A program made the position numbers and the translations under genes. Shown here piece by piece: positions 7,335-12,801 of a stretch of DNA of 12,801 bases (position 1 is the first letter of the stretch; each line of letters begins with the position of its first letter). The DNA is from Candidatus Methylomirabilia bacterium (GTDB taxonomy: Bacteria; Methylomirabilota; Methylomirabilia; Rokubacteriales; CSP1-6). The stretch spans positions 1 to 12,801 of the forward strand of contig JBGQHJ010000137.1 of the NCBI GenBank assembly GCA_041497895.1, in the 5' to 3' direction. Under the pieces are notes generated by a model, which searched no databases, was not told the origin of the DNA, and saw nothing but the letters and a program-made list of their open reading frames with translations.

Positions 7335-8302
7335 AGGGCGAGCGCGGATTTGCTCTCCTGGCCGTGCTGTTGGTGGTGGCCCTTCTCACCGTCGTGGTGC
7401 AGGAGCTGGCCGTCGCGATGCGCCTCGAGGCGTCGGCGGGACGGTCGTTCCGGGAGGAGCTGGTCGCCTCCCATCTGGCGGAGGCGGCCGTGCAACAGGC
7501 GCTGCGCGAAGTGCTGAGCCAGGCGCCGATCCAGGCGGTGGACGAGACCGGCGCGCTCGTGTTCTACCGTGTCGAGCCCGGCTCGACCCGGCCGGTGCGG
7601 CTGCCCTCGTTGCCCCGAGCCCGGGTGCCCTTCGGCTCGGGCGAGTTCAGCTACCGGCTCACCGACGAGGAGGCGCGGCTCAACCTCAACACGGCCTCTC
7701 CGGACCGCGTGGGGCGCCTGCTCCAGGCGCTCGGGCTCGACCGTCGGGCGCGCGACGTCGTGGTGGACTCGCTCCAGGACTGGAAGGATCCGGACGATCT
7801 GCCCCGCGCCAACGGCGCGGAGAGCGAGGACTACTACCTCAAGCTTCCCGTTCCCTATCGCGCGCGGAACGCGCCACTGCAAGATCCGGCCGAGCTGCTC
7901 CAGATCCGGGGCATCACTCGCGACCTCTACCTGGGCACGGACGAGCGGCCCGGCCTGGCCGAGCTGACCACGGTCTTCGGCCGGCAGGCGGTGAACGTCA
8001 ACACCGCGCCGGCTCCGGTGCTGGCGGCGCTCGGACTTTCGGACGCCGAGATCTCCGACGTCGTCCAGGCGCGGAGCCGCGCGCCGTACACCGTGGTGCC
8101 CGGACGGTTCGCGGGCCGAGGGCTCGGCGTGGGAAGTGCCACCTTCCGCATCGAGGCCGAGGGCTGGGTGGCAGGCGCGCGGATGGCCCGCATCGTCGCC
8201 ATCGTTCAGCGCCAGATTCGACCGCCGGCGGGCCCGGTGGCGGACGATCTGACCGCGCTCGGCCTCGTCATGCTCTCGTGGCGCGCAGGAGAGGCTCGAT
8301 GA
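7331..8302 (+). CDS. gspK: Minor pseudopilin GspK, 323 aa
   Basis: ERG/FALLAVLLVV (no Glu5, typical of GspK); DEEARLNLN, DWKDPDD, GAESEDYY, ELLQIRGI, VNVNTAPAPVLAAL. Confidence 0.92.
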   Translation: MKGERGFALLAVLLVVALLTVVVQELAVAMRLEASAGRSFREELVASHLAEAAVQQALREVLSQAPIQAVDETGALVFYRVEPGSTRPVRLPSLPRARVPFGSGEFSYRLTDEEARLNLNTASPDRVGRLLQALGLDRRARDVVVDSLQDWKDPDDLPRANGAESEDYYLKLPVPYRARNAPLQDPAELLQIRGITRDLYLGTDERPGLAELTTVFGRQAVNVNTAPAPVLAALGLSDAEISDVVQARSRAPYTVVPGRFAGRGLGVGSATFRIEAEGWVAGARMARIVAIVQRQIRPPAGPVADDLTALGLVMLSWRAGEAR

Positions 8303-9666
8303 AGCGATCCCGTGTCGGTCTCACGTTCGATGAAGGGCACGTCGTGGTCACCGCCATCCGCGGCCCCGGTCGACTCGAGCAGTTCCGCCTCCAGTCCGAC
8401 GAGACGCTATCCACGCGGCTCGCCACCGAGCTCGATGCGCGCGGGCTCGGGAGGCAACGCGTGCGGGTGGGTCTCGACCGGAGCCTCGCCGTCGTCAAGA
8501 CGCTCGAGCTTCCTCGGACCGCGGGCGGCAGCCTGCGCCCGATGGTGGCCTTCGAGCTCGAGCGCCACGTGCCCTTCTCGCCCCAGGACATCCGGTTCGA
8601 TTGCGTCCCGCTCGCCGGCGCCTCCCGATCGGTGCGCCGCGTCCTCGTCATGGCGGCGGAAGGCCGGACGGTCGACGGCGCCCTGCGCCTCCTCGACACG
8701 CTCAAGCGCCCGCCCCGATCCCTGACCGCCGCCTGCCACGATCTCCCGGCGCTTCTCTCGAAGCGCCGCGCGGTGGGCCGGGTCGTCTGGGTCCACCGCC
8801 ATGGAGCGCGCACGGACCTGCTCTGCGTCGACCAGGGCGCGGTTCGCCTGAGCCGGAGCGTGCCGACCGGGAGCGACACCGAGCTCACCGCGGAGATCGC
8901 CCGCAGCCTGCCGCTGGTCGCCTGGAAGGAGTGCGACGCGATCTGGGTCTCGGGCGACGACGCGGAGCGGATCCGGGTGGCCATGAGGCGCAGTGGACCG
9001 GGCGCCCCGGTGTCCGCGCCTCCGTTTGGTCGGGCGGGCGCGCGCCTGATCGCCCGGCTGCCCATCCGGGGTCGAGGCGCCGGGCTGCTCGCCCTCGCGG
9101 TGGCCGTCGGGCGCCGTCGCCCCCGCCTCAACCTCATTCCCGCCGCGATGCGTCCACTGTCGATCTCGTGGGCGCACCGGGTCACGGCCGGGCTGGCCGC
9201 GGTCACCGCGGTGCTGGGGCTCGGGCTACTGCTCGCCCATGGGCATGCCCAGGAGCGTTACCTCGCGCGCGTGTCGGACGAGATCCGCCGGCTCGACCCG
9301 GAGGTCAAGGCCGTCGAGCGTCTCGGAGCCGAGATCGTCCAGCAGAAGGGGCTCCTGGCCACGCTGCACTCGGCCGAGGCGGGGGGGCTTCGCCCCCTGC
9401 CGGTCTTGAAGGAGCTCACCGAGCTGATCCCGACGGACACGTGGCTCCAATCGGTGAGCATGGACCGCCAGGGCCTCGAGCTGACCGGACAGGCGACGGC
9501 CGCCAGTCAGCTCATCCCGCTCCTCGATGGATCGCCCTCGCTCGAACGGGTGGAGTTCACCGCGCCGGTCACCAAGGTTCAGGCCAAGGAGCAGTTCCGG
9601 ATCCGGGCGGGCTGGGAGGAGCCCGCGGCGCCTCGCGCCGGCCCGCCCGATGGAGCGGAGCAATGA
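8299..9666 (+). CDS. gspL: GspL-like protein (cytoplasmic PilM/actin-like region, TM helix, PilN-like periplasmic domain), 455 aa
   Basis: ATG 8299 with GGAGAGG upstream. 'LELP...VAFELERHVPF', 'LNLIP' before the TM helix, 'LKELTELIPTDTWLQSV...LTGQA...LIPLLDGSP'; position between K and M. Confidence 0.82.
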   Translation: MKRSRVGLTFDEGHVVVTAIRGPGRLEQFRLQSDETLSTRLATELDARGLGRQRVRVGLDRSLAVVKTLELPRTAGGSLRPMVAFELERHVPFSPQDIRFDCVPLAGASRSVRRVLVMAAEGRTVDGALRLLDTLKRPPRSLTAACHDLPALLSKRRAVGRVVWVHRHGARTDLLCVDQGAVRLSRSVPTGSDTELTAEIARSLPLVAWKECDAIWVSGDDAERIRVAMRRSGPGAPVSAPPFGRAGARLIARLPIRGRGAGLLALAVAVGRRRPRLNLIPAAMRPLSISWAHRVTAGLAAVTAVLGLGLLLAHGHAQERYLARVSDEIRRLDPEVKAVERLGAEIVQQKGLLATLHSAEAGGLRPLPVLKELTELIPTDTWLQSVSMDRQGLELTGQATAASQLIPLLDGSPSLERVEFTAPVTKVQAKEQFRIRAGWEEPAAPRAGPPDGAEQ

Positions 9667-10271
9667 GCATGCCCATGTTGAGCCGTCGCGAGCGCACCTT
9701 GATCGGGCTCGGCGTCGCCGGCTTGCTCACCGTCGTCGGCTACCTGTACGTGGTCGAGCCCATGCTGGCCCGGCAACGCGAGGTGGCGGAGCTGATCCCG
9801 ATCCGTGAGGCGACCCTGGAGCGCCGGCGTCTCATGGTCGCCCAGCGCGAGCCGCTGACCGGCGAGCTGGAGACACTGGCCCGGAAGGTCGAGGCCGGGT
9901 CGTCGCGTCTCCTCTCCGGGCCCACCGCACCCCTCGCGGCCTCGGAGCTCCAGAAGCTCGTGAAGGAGCTGGCGACGGCGGCGGAGGTCGACGTCCGGAG
10001 CGAGCGCGTCATGGCCCCGGTGGATCTCAAGGGCGTCCTCGAGATCCCCATCGAGCTGACGGTCGCCTGCACGGTCCGTCAGGTCGTCGTCCTCCTCGGC
10101 CGGCTCGAGCAGACGCCGCGGCTCCTCAGGGTCACGGACCTCAAGATCCGGGTGGCGGCCCCCGGCCAGCCCCGCGAGCTCCTCACGACGCTCACCGTGT
10201 CAGGCTATCTGCGGCCTGGAGCGCCGGCGCCGAAGCCCGTCGCCCGGCCCACCCCGGGCGAGGACACATGA
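9663..10271 (+). CDS. gspM: GspM/PilO-like protein, 202 aa
   Basis: LSRRERTLI followed by a TM helix ending YVVEP, a coiled-coil-like stretch, 'AASELQKLV' and 'LGRLEQTPRLLRVTDLKI'. Confidence 0.85.
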   Translation: MSMPMLSRRERTLIGLGVAGLLTVVGYLYVVEPMLARQREVAELIPIREATLERRRLMVAQREPLTGELETLARKVEAGSSRLLSGPTAPLAASELQKLVKELATAAEVDVRSERVMAPVDLKGVLEIPIELTVACTVRQVVVLLGRLEQTPRLLRVTDLKIRVAAPGQPRELLTTLTVSGYLRPGAPAPKPVARPTPGEDT

Positions 10272-10939
10272 TCTCCAGGCGGTGGCGCTGGCTCCTGCTC
10301 GATCTCGTCCTGGCGTGCCTCGCCAGCGTGGCCGGAATCGGTTTGGTCCGTGAGGCGGTCGAGGGCCGGTCACTGCCCACGGCGCGCGTCCTCCCGGAGT
10401 CCAATCCGCAGCCGGCGGTTGACGACTCGACCTCGGCCCCAGCCCAAGGCTCGGCGCAAAGCTCAGCCCAAAGCTCAGAAAGTCAACCGCAAGGAGGCGT
10501 GGCCCAGTACGCGGTCATCGCGGCCCGCAACCTGTTTTCCGCGTCACGTGGCGAGGTGGCGGCGGTGGTGGCGCCCGCGCTGGCCGGCCTGAAGTCGGTC
10601 TTGCACGGGGTCGTGATCGACGGCGACCGGAGCCGCGCCTATCTCGACGACCCGGTCGCCAAGCGCGTCTTCGGCTACGCGGTGGGCGACTCCGTCGTCG
10701 GCGGCCGGCTCGAGCGGATCCTGGACGACCGCGTGGTGATCCGGCGGCCCGAAGGGATGGTCGAGGTCTTGCTCCAGGATCCCGCGAAGCCCCAGGCGGA
10801 GGCGCCTCCCCCTGCGGCCGCCGCGGTCCCCGCACCGACGAAAGCGCGGCGGTCGGCCGCCCAGTCGGCGCTGCCCACTCCGGCGCCCGCGGGTGCCGGA
10901 CCCGCGGGCCCGCCCAACCCGGGGCAGGTCTCACAGTGA
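10268..10939 (+). CDS. gspC: GspC-like (XpsN/XcpP/PilP-HR type) protein without PDZ domain, 223 aa
   Basis: N-terminal TM, low-complexity linker, RNLF motif, HR-domain-like LHGVVIDGDRSRAYL...YAVGDSVVGGRLERILDDRVVI, Pro/Ala-rich tail; directly upstream of the secretin. Confidence 0.68.
   Translation: MISRRWRWLLLDLVLACLASVAGIGLVREAVEGRSLPTARVLPESNPQPAVDDSTSAPAQGSAQSSAQSSESQPQGGVAQYAVIAARNLFSASRGEVAAVVAPALAGLKSVLHGVVIDGDRSRAYLDDPVAKRVFGYAVGDSVVGGRLERILDDRVVIRRPEGMVEVLLQDPAKPQAEAPPPAAAAVPAPTKARRSAAQSALPTPAPAGAGPAGPPNPGQVSQ
10442..10477 (+). repeat. 12-bp in-frame tandem repeat x3 in the gspC-like gene
   Basis: GCCCAAGGCTCG / GCGCAAAGCTCA / GCCCAAAGCTCA encoding AQGS-AQSS-AQSS. Confidence 0.75.
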
Positions 10940-12801
10940 CCGCGACCGGGCGACCTCTGGCCGCGCTGCTGCTGTTCAGCGCACTCGGACTGTCCGCCTG
11001 CGCCGAGTCAACGCATCCCAGTTCCCCCGCCGCCGCGCTGGAGCCGCCGCCGACTCGCGTCGAGGTCACGTCGGAATCGGCGCTGCCCTCGGCCAAGCCT
11101 GTCGAGCCGGCGCCGCCCCCGCCCGTCCTGGCGATCAGCCCGGCGCCGCCGCCTTCGACCCCGCCGCCCCCGCCGCCGCCGGCCCCCTCGCCGCCGCGGC
11201 GTGCGCCGGCTCCGCCCGCCCGCGGACGCCAGATCGTGCTGAACTTCGACAATGCGGACGTCGAGGTCGTGATCCAGGCGGCGGCCGAGATCGTCAAATT
11301 CAACTATGTCCTGGGGCCCAACGTGCGCGGCCGGAAGGTGACGCTCCAGACCATCGGCAAGATCGGGAGCGATGAGGTCTTTCCCCTCCTGCTGACGATC
11401 CTCGACGTCAATGGGCTCGCCGCGGTGAAGGCGGGCAGCGTCTACCGGATCATCCCGCGCGAGGGCGCGCAGCAGTCACCGCTCCGCACCATCGTCGGCC
11501 GCGACGCCGCCCCCGGCCCGGCCACCGACGAGGTCCTGACCCAGATCGTGCCGCTCCAGTTCCTCGACGCGGCGGAGGCGGTGAACCTCCTGCGTCCCTT
11601 CGTCGCCCAGGAGGGTGCGCTCAGCGCGCACCGGGACACCAACCTCCTCATCCTCACCGACACCGCGGCCAATATTCGCCGGCTCCTCGACATCCTGAAG
11701 ACGGTGGACGTGGCGGGCGCGATGGACGAGCCGCAGATCATCCCGCTCAAGCACGCGGACGCGCAGCAGCTCGCCCCGGTCCTGCTCCAGCTCTTCACGA
11801 GCGGGCGGATCCGGGGGGGCGCCGCACCGCTCGGGATCCCCGGCGCGCCGCCGGTCCCCGGGGCCCCGCCGCGCCCGCCGGCCGCCGCGCTCGACCCCGG
11901 CGCCGCGGGCGACCGTCAGCCGCTCATCGTGGCCGACCGGCGCTCGAACTCGCTCCTCGTCAACGCCCGGAAACCGGAGCTGGAGACGATCCGGCGGCTC
12001 GTCGACAAGCTCGACGTGAACGTCTACGGAGGCCAGCGCGTCTTCGTCTACTTCGCCGAGAACACGAAGGCGCGCGATCTCGCGGTCACCCTCGACGCGA
12101 TCTACGGCCGGGGCGACCGCGGCCCCGCGGGACCAGCGCCGGGGCCGGGCTCGCCCATCCCGGCCCAACCCGTGTCCGCGCCGCGGCCCTCCGGGGCGGC
12201 GCCGTCGGGCGTCACGGTCGAGGGGGTCCCGCCCCAGTCCGAGATCCGCCTCGTCGCCGACGAGGTCACGAACGCCATCGTCGTCACGACGTACCCGCGG
12301 CTCTGGAAGGAGATCGAGGAGACGATCAAGAAGCTCGACCGGATGCCGCGTCAGGTCCTGATCGAGGTGCTCGCCGCGGAGGTGACGCTGACCGACGACA
12401 CCAAGCTCGGCATGGAGTGGGCCCTCCGGAGCGGCCGCTTCGACGTCAGCTCGTCCCCCTCGGGCACGCTGCCGTCGCGGCCGTCGAGCAGCCTGATCCC
12501 CCTCGGCGGGGTCGTGCCGGTCGGGCTGAATCTCTTCACCTTCGCGGCGGACCGGTTCCTGGCGGCGCTGAACGCCCTCGCGAGCGAGAACAAGGTCAAC
12601 GTGCTCTCGAGCCCCTCGATCATGACCACCGAGAACAAGAAGGCGGTCATCAACGTGTCGACGTCCGTCCCCATCGTGACCGCGCAGCAGGTGCCCGTCG
12701 CGACGGGCGGGATCACCGGCAACGCGATCACCCAGACCGTCGAGTACAAGGACGCGGGGGTCATCCTCACCGTCACCCCCCGGATCGGCGAGCAGGGCAC
12801 G
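10936..12801 (+). CDS. gspD: Type II secretion secretin GspD (predicted lipoprotein), 3'-truncated by window edge
   Basis: Absent from the ORF track because no stop is reached. GTG 10936: MTATGRPLAALLLFSALGLSA-C, Pro-rich linker, N0 IVLNFDNADVEVVI, N-repeats (TNLLILTDTAANIRRL, ADRRSNSLLV, ADEVTNAIVV), LDRMPRQVLIEVLAAEV, VLSSPSIMTTENKKAVINV, VEYKDAGVILTVTPRI. Confidence 0.95.
   Translation, partial: MTATGRPLAALLLFSALGLSACAESTHPSSPAAALEPPPTRVEVTSESALPSAKPVEPAPPPPVLAISPAPPPSTPPPPPPPAPSPPRRAPAPPARGRQIVLNFDNADVEVVIQAAAEIVKFNYVLGPNVRGRKVTLQTIGKIGSDEVFPLLLTILDVNGLAAVKAGSVYRIIPREGAQQSPLRTIVGRDAAPGPATDEVLTQIVPLQFLDAAEAVNLLRPFVAQEGALSAHRDTNLLILTDTAANIRRLLDILKTVDVAGAMDEPQIIPLKHADAQQLAPVLLQLFTSGRIRGGAAPLGIPGAPPVPGAPPRPPAAALDPGAAGDRQPLIVADRRSNSLLVNARKPELETIRRLVDKLDVNVYGGQRVFVYFAENTKARDLAVTLDAIYGRGDRGPAGPAPGPGSPIPAQPVSAPRPSGAAPSGVTVEGVPPQSEIRLVADEVTNAIVVTTYPRLWKEIEETIKKLDRMPRQVLIEVLAAEVTLTDDTKLGMEWALRSGRFDVSSSPSGTLPSRPSSSLIPLGGVVPVGLNLFTFAADRFLAALNALASENKVNVLSSPSIMTTENKKAVINVSTSVPIVTAQQVPVATGGITGNAITQTVEYKDAGVILTVTPRIGEQGT

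Noticed and set aside
1..12801. CRISPR arrays, tRNA/rRNA genes, IS elements, frameshifts, or a type IV pilus interpretation
   Set aside because: No spaced repeats, RNA-gene signatures or transposase motifs were seen and all gsp frames look intact. GspG/GspK/GspD signatures and the lack of a pilT gene in the window indicate T2SS rather than T4P.

Overview
GC-rich bacterial window with all credible genes on the + strand. It opens with the 3' end of a BNR/Asp-box beta-propeller (sialidase-like) gene coupled to a MoaD/ThiS ubiquitin-like gene. Next comes an AT-richer regulatory region with a sigma54-type promoter and an upstream palindrome, preceding a tiny stand-alone Fis/NtrC-type HTH gene. A sigma70-type promoter then precedes an exported di-heme c DHOR-family protein, followed 10 bp later by a tightly coupled type II secretion cluster gspE-F-G-H-I-J-K-L-M-C-D; the secretin is a predicted lipoprotein and runs off the window end. 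The most interesting points are (i) the di-heme protein heading the T2SS operon as a possible dedicated cargo, (ii) a possible sigma54/mini-HTH circuit in which a similar DNA box sits at the enhancer position of one promoter and over the -35 of the next, and (iii) a vicinal Cys-Cys in the major pseudopilin. All family calls come from manual motif recognition; no database search was run.
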